Assembly: GCF_000143415.4 (NCBI RefSeq)
Contig: NW_003314364.1
Span: 531,857 to 595,856, forward strand
From: Selaginella moellendorffii
Lineage: Eukaryota; Plantae; Lycopodiophyta
DNA length: 64,000 bases
Direction of reading: 5' to 3'
Under the pieces are notes generated by a model. The model was not told the DNA's origin and ran no database searches. It saw only the letters and a list, made by a program, of their open reading frames with translations. The position numbers and the translations under genes were made by a program. Positions 40,201 to 51,633 of this stretch are shown in pieces. The stretch's first letter is position 1, and every line of letters begins with the position of its first letter.

Positions 40201-43200
40201 CAAGGAGGCCATCATTGGGACACCCAAACACTCTATAACACTAGGAGGTGGTGTTTAGTGTTGCAAGGGTAATAGATAAACCCTAAGGGACTAAGTCCCT
40301 AGCAAATGATGGATAGAAGGTGCTATCCAAATGTCAAAGATTGCGAAGATAGGAGAAGACTATCTACCTGAATTGGACAAAGTTAAAATGGAATTTTGGC
40401 AAGGCTAGTGATGGACATATAAAAGCCCATAAGTAGCAACATTAATCCTAGTATGTGGGATTATAAGTTGAGCATACCCGAATTGAGGAACCACTCCCTA
40501 GGGTATCGGGTAGGTTCATTCTTAAGAATACTTGTTACGGCATAGTAAAAAGTGCAAAGCTATCCTCCTAGTCTGGAGGAGAATAACCGAAGGAAAGGTG
40601 TGAGGCCAAAAGCAAGTAGTAGAGGGATAGAACCAAACTATAGGAATCAAATTGCATAACCAAGGGTGGTTATGCTAGTTGGGAGTGGAGAATCAAGTGG
40701 GTGCTCAAGCATGTTGTTATTAGCAACCATGATACTATAAAGAGTCTAAAGCATGGAATTGTCCATGTTATACCATATGGCAATTAAGAAGCTTGCGAAA
40801 GGAGAGGCCTTAGCAAGCTAAAGGACAGAGTTCCTTCAAAGGTTCCCAAAGACAATTCTAGATACCTTAGTACCTAGAAAGCCAAATGTAAATGTTTTAT
40901 AGAATGCGCAAAATCAAAGTAGTGCAGCAGAAGCATGGCTTTGAAGCTTGCCATAACACAATACTATCAAGGTTGGGGAAGCCATTCCCAAGTGCTCAAA
41001 GGGATGGCTTTGAATGAAAGTTGATGGTCGAGGACTTTCACGCTTGTGCATGAAACCATGTTAGGTTGGTCGGATGACTTGCTAAGTGAGATTGGCAAGT
41101 CAAGGGAACAAATCCTTTAGTTGAATGTGCCAACTTCAAAAGGGGTGGCCCATAAGGCCAAGCATGGAGGAGTCCATGCATGATCACAGACTTGTCAAGT
41201 GAGAGGACTTGGTAGTGCAGAGGAACTAGGTTCCTAAGCTGTGATTTATAGCACGCTTTAAATATAAGTTGGTGCATCGGTATAGGGAGTCACACTAGGC
41301 ATCCTAGGCGATGCCGTCCGTAGATGCATATACAGAGGTTGGGTTCGAGTCCCGACCCTTTAGTGCTTGGGTTCGAGTCCCAAATCATTAGGGTGTGGTG
41401 ATAGTTTGGAATATGAGGACACTCATTTTTTGGTGGTTATGGACTCTTAATGAGGAGATTGGTTTAGGCACACCGCCAAGCGAGGGATGCCTTGGAGTCG
41501 TGATGCACATTTAGATTGCTCAATGTGAAAGCTCGGCATATCTAACTTGAACGCTTTGGTGCAAGTGGCACCAAGGATGTGGTGAGTGAGATTGGGATCC
41601 CTAATCTCAATTGCTATGGACCTTTGGCCGTAAGGTCTGGCTTGGGTGCACCGCCAAGTATGGGGGTTACCCCTAGGGTCATGGTCAACAACTTGAAGGT
41701 CTAGAAGACCAAGTACCTCTTGGCAACTCTGTTAAGGTGGCAAGGTGAGATCACTAGGTGATCTTGTGGCTAAATAAGGACAAGGTCTTTGGTTGGCTAA
41801 GGAATGAAGTTCCTGGTTCAAAGTGTTGATTTGAACTATTTATAATGGTGTGGCTTGGTCAAGATGACTAAGTGGGAAGAGCACCTAAGAGAAATAAGCT
41901 GTGTCCATGGGATGGCATAGTGAGTCCAAGGAAAGTAGTCTTTATAAGAGACCCATGGGAGGGTCACTAAATTGAGCTATAAATAAAGCCATAGCAGAAA
42001 ATGATAAAGAAACATACTAAGGGTAAATGCCCTCTGGACTTGGCAAGCAAAGTCTTTGCTATAGAATCGAAAGGATACCTCAAGAATGGAGGTAGCAATT
42101 CTATGTTGTTGGATGCAACTATCAAAAGATAGGAGCAAAAGACTAATGGCTAAGAAAAAAGCCATGGGAACCATGGGAAAGAATCCCAAAGGCAAAGTAA
42201 GGCCAAGAACACTAATGTGTTGGGGGCTAACGAATTGTAGGAATGGCAATGTGTTTCCAAGGATGGATTCCCAATTGCTCCAATTTAGCGAAAGTGGAAG
42301 CTCTAAGGAAGGGAGCGGTAAAGTAGCCAAATAATACAGCCCTAGCACAAATTATAATAACTGAAACTTAGTGCCTAAGAAAGCACGAAATAGAAAAGAG
42401 GATGATGGTGCTCTTAAGTAGAGAACTTCTTAGGATGGGGAAGTGGAGTTGCACAATATATGCCATGCAAAGTGTCGGACACACTTAGGAAATTGACTTC
42501 AAAGAGTCAAAAGTAAAAGTTCCAAAATGCAAAGGTTATATCGATGGAAACTGAGACTACTCGAAAAAAAGTAGTGGGATTGAGATAGAGACTGTGTGTC
42601 TAACAGGTTTAGCAAGAACTAAACCAATAAAAGGAGACAACCACCACAAGTGGTCTAATTAGTCTTTAAGTTGGAGAGACTATCCTCCTTAGAGGATGGG
42701 CAAGGCATGGGGAGCCTTCGGTATGAAACCATTGACAAATATTGGTGAGGTGACAAGAATGGAAAGGGTAATACATGTTGGTATTACTTTATAAAATAGT
42801 TTAAAATAGTTTGTTCGATGAGGACATCGAACTTCGTCTATGGGTGGTGAAGTTGTGAAACACAAAATCCCTAAAACCCAAAGTGGAGCCGGAAGAGTGC
42901 CACGTGGAAGTGGCCAAGGTGAAGGCCAAACGAGCGTAACACGTTTGGACCAAAAGCTCTAACTTGAAAGGTCAAGAGTGGGAGTGGAACTCCCAACTAA
43001 GTGCTCGAGGAACAAGTACGAAGTGAGCAATAAGTGAGTCTCTAGAAAAGGGACACAAGAGGAACAAAGATGGAGTCCGAGATGGACCCGCAATGGAGTC
43101 TGAGATGGACCCGAGATGGAGTCCGAGATGGACCCGAGATGGAGTCTGAGATTGACCCGAGATGGACCTGAGATGGTGTCTGACATGGAGTCCGAGATGG

Positions 43201-43366
43201 AGTCCGAGATGGACACGAGATGGAGTCCGAGATAGACCCGAGATGGACCTAAGATGGAGTCCGAGATGGAGTCCAAGATGGACTCGAGATAGAGTCCGAG
43301 ATGGAGTCCAAGATGGACCCAAGATGGTGTTTGAGATGGAGTCTGAGATGGAGCCCTACATGGGAG
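37295..43366 (+). mobile_element. Family A non-autonomous LTR element (LARD-like): 5' LTR 37295-38796, Met PBS 38800-38811, about 4 kb non-coding internal region, PPT, 3' LTR from 42854 interrupted by nested insertions
   Basis: LTR TGTGAGAC...GTCGCTTACA, PBS TGGTATCGGAGC and PPT TATGGGTGGTGAAGT before TGTGAAACAC. No recognisable gag/pol motifs and no ORF over 125 aa internally. Confidence 0.85.
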
Positions 43367-45432
43367 TGTGAGACACAAAATCCCTAGGCCCCAAAGTGGA
43401 GCCAGAAAGGGTGCCACGGGGTAGTGGCCAAAGCGAAAGCCAACGAGCATAACACGTTTGGACTAAAAGCTCCAACTTGGAAGGTCAAGAGCGGGAGTGG
43501 AACTCCCAACAAAGTGCTCGAGGAGCGAGCACGAAGCAACCAATAAGCAAGGCTCCAAAAAGGGACCCAAAAAGGACCAACACATGACACGTGGAGGAGT
43601 CCGAGATGGAGTCCGAGGTGGATCCGAGATGTAGTCCGAGATGGACCCGAGACCGAGACTGAGACTGAGATCGAGACCGAGATGTAAGCGATTAATTTTT
43701 CCATTTTACTTTAGTCACTTAACCACACCTCCGACCACTTGGAGGAGTCTCACTCACAACCACCGTAAGTCCTATTTTGGACTTGAGCTTACTAGCCTCG
43801 AGAATGGCATCCCTGCCACTCAACCTATGCACTTGGTCCAAGTGCTCCACGTGTCCGATCCCATGACCAACACCCCAAGGTACCACCAACATACCAGCCT
43901 GTTACGCTAAGGCCATGTCCATTCACCTTGGTCACAACGATGGTCTGACACCACTTGCATCCCAGTCCCGTCACTCAAAGACTGGGCCATCCATCCACGA
44001 GTGATCATCCTAGATCCACTCCTTAGCATCCTTAGGAGGCCCACAGACATGGGGATTAGCCTTCCCCTATCTCTCTTCCGGTCTTCACCAAGTCCCTTTC
44101 TGCCCATGGCCGCGTTCGCCAACACTGCCATTGGATCGAGGCCCACAGGCCCAACCACTAAGTCCCATGGTCCTCTGGGACTTCCTCACCACTCGACTAT
44201 ATCCTTGGTCACTACACTAGAGGGCTACTCCTCTTTCTTTCCACAGTCTGGGCCTTTGGGACAGCATTTCGGAACACCGTGGCCCTACGCGCTTTCTTCT
44301 GGGAACATCTTTCTCACAACTTTAGTATGGCACATTCTGCCATCAATGAGATACCTACTGTTCTCATACTTGGATCTTATGATCCTCCCCATACCTCATG
44401 GGGCACTATACACCTCAGTCCAAATGCTCCAACCAATCCCTTACGACCATTCCCTAACTCCGCTTGAGTCATCCAGCATTTTGGACTTTGCTAATCTAAC
44501 AACCTGTGAGGTCTCAGTCTTAGAGGTGCCAACTCACTGGAATACAACTTCTTGTATTCATGTCCTACTCAGAAGGACAATCTTTGCAAGTGTTACTCTG
44601 ACACTTGATGATTTTCTTGGGGCTAACCTTTGCCCCTTAGGACTACTTGTCTATATGATGAGAATAGCAACTCATTTTTAAGTACACCCCCAACTCCTTG
44701 GGTTGTTCCAGCATTCATTAGAGGTAGCCCCGGCTACCATTTCAAGGACTGGTGTCCTCTTCTGTATTTGACCTCCCACGGTCAACAATTCCGTTCTCAA
44801 AGTTATGAGTACCAGCCTCAACCATATAAGGGTAATCTTGTGACACCTTTATTGTTTTGGAGTCTGCATCTTTCCCGTGATCCCAACTATAGTTGTTTAC
44901 CACAACTATATTAGCTCGTTTGCTGCATCAAACGCTCATTTGGATCACATCCTCAACTCTCTAAGGAAACCCTTATACTGTTCCCAAGATAAGCTCTATT
45001 TCGTTAAAGTGGGAATTGTCATTATCCCACTTGTAAAATAAGGTTTCCAAACCTTTATATAGTATATAAATATAACAAAATTCAACTGCATTGAGGCACA
45101 TGCCATTTTATTTTAAACAAGGAAATGTCTACTCAATCACTTCTCCTCCCCTTGCCACTGCTTCACCTCTCTCTTCTCCTTGTCATCGTCGTCCAATTTC
45201 TTTCCATCCTTTTAATATTGGCTCAGTTGCTCCGAGTCTAGGTGGAGCCCAAGTCCCCATTCAATCTTTACTTTCCCCTTATTAATAAAACAACTTCGTA
45301 GACTTCCAATAACATGCTGTAACACTTCTAGTATAATGCAAATCCTCTCAAAGAATTGTCTTTTAATATTAATACAATGGCATGGAACCCCATGCCATAA
45401 TAAGTTACATTTTTAAATAAATACATGCCATC

Positions 45433-48400
45433 TCAGACTGTTATTTTTTGCCTCCAACGCCTATACAATAATCTTAGAATTTCATCACTCTCCACACTAT
45501 CAGGATTTAAACCCAATAGTAATGCCATCTCTTCTCTAATACGTCCACGCTCATGTTCAGTGGTCGAAGAACCCATCCGGTTGAGCAGATTATGGAGATG
45601 CGGATAGTGCTTGGCTAGACAATATACATGCCATAAATGATGACTGGTGTCTGTCCGATCAAATGGCTTCTGATATACTGTTCCATCTGCCATTTGGTTG
45701 ATTTCTGCAACCACCTCCTAGACTGGCCGGTTCTCTATCACCATCGCTTCAAGCCGTTTTGCAAGGTCCCCCAGAACATACGGTTTCTTCTCCCTAGTTT
45801 CCATACTGTAAGAGATGGGGTGCACTACATATGTGTGCGTGTTCGCTGCAGTTTTAATCGGCGAGTCATCGATGATGAGGATTTCACTTGACCTAGCAGT
45901 CCGGTTCATCACTACAGCCTCTGCCTTGACGAAGATGGGCTTGCTACCCCTCACATGGACCATAGTCAAGCAATCCTCCTGCGTTAGGAGAAAGTCAAAT
46001 GGTAATATTACTCGCGTCTGATCGTGCATCATCTGTAGCAACGTTAATGCATTGTGGCGCATCATGGATGTCCAAACTCCCAATTGCAAATTGAACCCGG
46101 CCCTCTGTTTTAAGTGTCGCATGGTCATTATTAGATCCCGCAGTTTCTCCAGTGTGATTAATGTGAATCTGTCTCTTTTGACCAACTTGCGACCGCAGGC
46201 TTTGGAGGGTGCAGTGACATTTGAGGACGAGCCACGCTCATGGGAGAAAAGGACACCGTTCAGATCAAAAACGATACAGTACCTTCGCCGTGACTCTGAA
46301 ATGAAATGCGTCAGCATAAAAAATGGTACAAGTCAATTTTACCATTTACAATATTAGCGAATGGTGCTCCCGATGGTCATTGAGAGGGTTTTGGTCGAGG
46401 AAATGTGAAGGGCGGAAATACTCTCCTCTGCAATGTGGGGTCAATCGCATCTGATGGCGTGTGGGCACATGCCATTTCAGCTGTAGACTCTGGTACAACT
46501 GGCTCAACAGTGGCATGGGGTGGTTCCGATGGCGTGTGATCACACACCATTTCAGCTGGTGCCTCCGTTGGCAAAGTGGACATGACCGAACAGGCAGCAA
46601 GAGCGGTGTAGGGAGGTTCCAACGGCGCGTAGTCAGACGATTGGGCACACGTTGGAAATGAGGATACGACCGGCTCGGCGGCTGGGGCGGCCTCATGCGA
46701 GTCCAATGGCGCCTGGTCACCGTCAGTTGGATACGTGGACAAGATTGACTCAGTGGTATGGGCAGCATCAAGTGGAGCGTGGTCAGCTTGCTTGGCGTTG
46801 ATATGGATAGTAGCCTCCACCAACTCTGATGACTCTTGCAGGCAAGTAGAGTCCACTGGCAGATCCATATGCATGTCCAAATATCTCCCTTTGATTGAGA
46901 TGGTATCCTCCCGTGCTACTAAAAACAAACTCATTAGCACATTGCAGTGCTAATGCAGTCCTCCCCCTACTATACTTTTGGAGCTCACCAAACCCCCCAG
47001 GGTCTGGGAGACGAACGCTTTGGGCTTTCACCCTCTCAGGCTCCGGACTCGGACTTGGACTCGGACTCGGACTCGGACTCGGATTCGGGCTCGGTCTCGG
47101 GCTCGGGCTCGGTCTCGGCCTCGGCCTCGGCCTCGGTCTCGGTCCTGATCTCGGTCTCGGTCTTGGTCTCGGTCTCGGTCCCGGTCTCGGTCTCGACTTC
47201 GGACTCCATCTCGGACTCCATCTCGGACTCCATCTCGGGTCCATCTCGTACTCCATCTCGGACTCCATCTCGGGTCCATCTCGGGTCCATCTCGGACTCC
47301 ATCTCGGACTCCATCTCGGGTCCATCTCGGACTCCATCTCGGACTCCATTTCGGGTCCATCTCGGGTCCACCTCGGACTCCATCTCGGACTCCATCTCGG
47401 ACTCCATCTCGGGTCCATCTCGGACTCCACTTCGGACTCCAACTCGGGTCCATCTCGGACTCCACTTCGGACTCCAACTCGGGTCCATCTCGAACTCCAC
47501 TTCGGATTCCAACTCGGGTCCATCTCGGACTCCCCTTCGGACTCCAACTCGGGTCCATCTCGGGTCCATCTCGGACTCCAACTCGGGTCCATCTCGGACT
47601 CCACTTCGGACTCCAACTCGAGTCCATCTCGGACACTCCCACGTGTCATGTGTTGGTCCTTTTGGGTCCCTTTTTGGAGCCTCGCCTTTTGCTCGCTTCG
47701 TGCTCGTTCCTCGAGCACTTCGTTGGGAGTTCCACTCCCGCTCTTGACTTTTCAAGTCGGAGCTTTTGGTCCAAACGTGTTACGCTTGTTTGGCTCTCGC
47801 TTCGGCCACTACCATGTGGCGCCCTTCCGGCTCCACTTTGGGGCCTAGGGCTTTGCTCTTTCTGCTCTTTGCGGCTCTTCTTTTTGGTGGGTGTAGTGTT
47901 CGAACCCGAGGCAATGGCATCACCGAGTAGCTTCTTTTTTGGAGCAGCAGAGTCAGACGTCGGCTTGAGCTTGACCACCCTTTTCTGCTTCGGGGTAGTT
48001 TCCAGATCAACCCCCTTCCCCTTCGCTTCGCAAACTGGAGGCACTCTCAACGGCTCAATGTTGGAATATAGTTTTTGAACATCGCCGTAGGTGAGGTCCG
48101 TGGATTCCATGTGATCTTCATAGACCCGCAACGTCTTTGAAATTGTGGGCCTCCTGGACAACCTCTCTCTAGCTCCCTCTAGGAATTCCTCATAGCCGCT
48201 GCCCCCCTCCGGGAAGCCGCTAGGATGTGCAAGGTGGACTTGAAGGCGGATGCTGTCTCTACCACAAGTGCCAGTCCATATTCTTGCATGGAACTGCATG
48301 GAGTGTCTGTCACTTGGATGAGGATCCCCATGCATTCTTTTCTCCCACCATCTGTGTTGTACAGCCTCAGATCCTCGCCTTCCATCCCGAAAGTCCAACT

Positions 48401-48487
48401 GGTGAGCTCCTCCCCCTTCTCTACATCCACATTGACAGTGGCTGGAAGAAGAACGCAATTCCTCGCCTGTTCAAAAATGCACAACAA
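45433..48487 (-). pseudogene. Transposon-borne multi-exon gene: basic/disordered N-part, acidic Pro-rich part (about 46344-46918) and C-terminal FCP1/NIF-like HAD phosphatase domain (46295-45433)
   Basis: HAD motifs IVFDLNGVL, LGVWTSMM and ILIIDDSP. A 47-nt GT-AG intron (46342-46296) joins the upstream frame to the HAD frame. Premature stops at 46379-46377 and 45720-45718; the latter is CAG in copy 1. The 5' structure is uncertain. Confidence 0.65.
46954..47850 (-). repeat. Family A LTR fragment (satellite-rich) embedded in the DNA transposon
   Basis: Matches 61934-62702, but lacks the LTR terminal 15 bp or so and any TSD. Confidence 0.85.
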
Positions 48488-50277
48488 TTAGAGCTGACAG
48501 ATGAAAAGCTAGCAGCTGGAAATAACGTGAGGCCACACGCCATTCACCACTACATCAGATGTCTTGAGGCTGCATCCTATGATGGCGTGAGGCTACACGC
48601 CATCTGTAACCGGACTGCACTCGAGAGCCCAATCGGTGCATGCCAATGTTGCTACTGAATGGCATGTGGCCTCATGCCATTTTCTACTTGGCCTAAAAGA
48701 CTTACCATTTGAAGCCGAATGGAGGCGTGACAATCGAGGCCGGACTCGCTGGCGAATGTGCACTGTGTGTGCAGCGGATCGTAGCAGCAAGGCTACTCTG
48801 CCACTTACAGTTGGAGAGTGGTGCTGAAATCTCCCGGGACGCCAAGTGGGCTGCGTGTGGGTGGCGGAGTGGGCGGCGGAGTTGGCGGCGGAGTTGGCGG
48901 CGAAGTTACAAACTGGGTGTGTCTTGAAGTGGACGCCGATGCACACGAGCGCGATGCGAGCGCGAGTGGACACCGATGCACACGAGAAACCTGTAGAGAA
49001 GTGAGCGTGATCGCGAGTGGGAGCATCACACTCGCGCGAGCGCGAGTGTGCAAGCGCGAGTACAAAGCAAAATGCAAAACCTAACCTCACACGCGCGAAA
49101 TGTCACAACGGTTGGTAATCCCACCACGTCATCATTCCTCGGACTTGGGCGCCACCATTAATTTCTGGATTGCCGCGCGCATGCAAGCACGCAAAATCCA
49201 AAAGAAATCCGCAACGTCATCATTCCTCGGACTGCATGCACGCGAAATCCAAAAGAAAGATCATGATTGGGATATCATTTAATACCCTCGCTATATTTAT
49301 ACCATGCATGATTGGATATTCCAAAGCATCTTGTATTTCCAAAAATGGCAGATGTTCAGCTAAATAAAGAAATTCTATCTGTTTCTATTTTTCTCTCAAA
49401 TCAATATTATAGCGTGTGGGCTCATGCAATTTTGAGCCAAAGAAACCCAAAAAACGTTGGACCCAAAATATTTTGAAAAAACCCAAAAAACCCTAAACAT
49501 TTTAAACCCAAAAATCCAGGCGTTCTGTGGCGTTATTCCTTGAATGGCGTGTGGGCACATGCCATTTTCAGGGCCAAATGCTGAATGGAGAAAAATTCCC
49601 TTTCAGTGCAAATGCTGCAAGAGGTAGATGCCGAGCACAAAGGACTGTAACTACCTCACATGACACAGATAATCTTTTGTCTATTTGGCAAAGATAAACT
49701 TTATAGCGTGTGGGCTCATGCAATTTTGAACCCAAAAAATGCACCAAAAAATTCTCGGCGTCATCTGGCGTTATCTCTTGAATGGCGTGGGGCCGCATGC
49801 CATTTTCAGGGGCACATAGGAGTATATTCCTAGGATATTCTGACACGCGCGAGATTTTTTTGAGTTTTCTGGAGATCCAACTGTTAGATCGCAACTAGAT
49901 TTTACAGAATGGTATACAATGTCTTTCTTGATGACCCTGCAAAGAAGCATCTCGATCGGACACCACATGAGACCACACGAGCCTTACAATGTTTCAGGGG
50001 AATTTGCCATAGATCCGACCGTTATTTTGCTCCAAGATTTTACAGTTTGGTGTGCATTGACCTTTCCATCGATACTGCAAAGGGACATCACAATCAGATG
50101 CGGGATCACAAGAAACTAACTTCACTAACTCTGGTTTCACCAAGATCTACGTAAGGAGTTATGAAATGAAAGGACCCTCTTTATTGAAATGTGTTTATGG
50201 TCCTAGGGGCATTGTGACATATCAAAGGATTTTACATCAAGTTCTGTATTTGCATGTTTATCAAGCTACTGAATTGC

Positions 50278-50302
50278 TAAACCCTAAACCCTAAACCCTA
50301 AA
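50278..50302. repeat. Short plant telomere-type / telo-box tract (AAACCCT)x3
   Basis: TAAACCCTAAACCCTAAACCCTAAA. Confidence 0.7.
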
Positions 50303-51633
50303 CATGTGGCAAATGCTGCGTGAAGAAAGATGCCCTTTCTGGGCAAATGCTGTAAGAGGCAGATGCCGAGCAGATGTATCTCAGGCTAGCGAAGGGGACA
50401 AACGAAAGCTAGTTATAAACATGACGGGATGCAAATAGATTACTAGGCTGGTCCTACGAAAATCAAAAACCATAATTGAAAACATTGAAAATGCAAAAAG
50501 AAAGGTTTATAATATTTTTGAATTTTAAGCAACCAAAGGAATGTAAGTAGGGCATGTGTTTGTAAGTTTAAAAATGCCTCAACCACTTAAATTCCCAAGT
50601 AAATAAAGCTGTTTCTATTTTTGGTACAAGTAAACTTTATAGCGTGTGGGCTCATGCAATTTTGAACCCAAAAATGCACCAAAAAATGCTCGACTAGCAT
50701 TATTCTTTGAATGGCGTGTGGCCTTATGTCGAGCATTATTCTTTGAATGGTGTGTGGCCTTATATTGCCATAAATGGACGTACACACACAGCATAATTAT
50801 TCCTTTACACGGCAAATAATCTTGGCGCGGATCGCTGACATGGCATGGCAAAGTTCGAATCACTGACATGGCACAGCTGGATCGAGGCAAGGACATGATG
50901 TGACAAAGTTCAACCTCCGACAGCAAAGTCTAGAAGCTACTCAGTTTGAAATTTGTCAGAGGAATCATAAGATCTGGTTTGTCAGAGGATTTGATGTGAT
51001 GTTCAAGCGTGTGTTATTTTTGAATTCTCAAACTCATTCCTAGGTCTATCATTTTTGTGCGCCGTGTTCTTGGTTCTGCTGAGCGCAGTGAGCGCTGCTT
51101 GTGTAAGCGGCGTTGTGGGCTGTGGTTTATGCGTCTACGAGCGGTTGTGGCATTGCGAGCGCCATTGCGAGCGGCAGTTTATGCGAGTGGCAGTTTGTGC
51201 GAGCGGCGCTACGAGCAGTTGCGGTGTTGCGAGCGGCGCTACGAGTAGTTGCGGTGTTGCGAGCGGCACTGTCTTTGGTGTGGCTACCGCTTCCTCTTGA
51301 TATTCGGCACTTGTGCTTCCTGGTATGTTCACCATGGAATGGCTTAGGACCACATTTAGAAATGGCATGAGGCCACATGCCATCTTGGGCCCTTGCAATT
51401 TCATGGCTAGCGTATTGTCATGTATGTTTTTACTTGCCTGCAGCTGTGTGTATATCAAGATGGCATGAGGCCTCATGCCAATTTTGTGAATGTGAAATTT
51501 CACGTGGGTGTCAATAACATGTTTGAATAATGGCATGTGGCCTCATGCTATTGAGGTTGTTTGGTATGTTATGATTTAGGCTATTCTCCAATCATTTTTT
51601 GTATGGTTTTAACTTCTTTTCTGCACTTTCAGA

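Noticed and set aside
41341-41385. tRNA genes at the GGTTCGAGTCCC motifs
   Set aside because: No cloverleaf, D-arm or acceptor stem could be built.
46783-47848. Long overlapping ORFs (WSPR, MESE, LGLH, SDSI repeats) here and at about 2200, 33350, 37400, 43000, 57300 and 62000
   Set aside because: They arise from stop-poor 6- and 11/12-bp LTR satellite arrays open in most frames. The Ser-Pro repeats near a CTD-phosphatase-like gene are most likely coincidental.
50278-50302. Interstitial telomere or chromosome-fusion scar
   Set aside because: Only three units; such telo-boxes are common in plant promoters.
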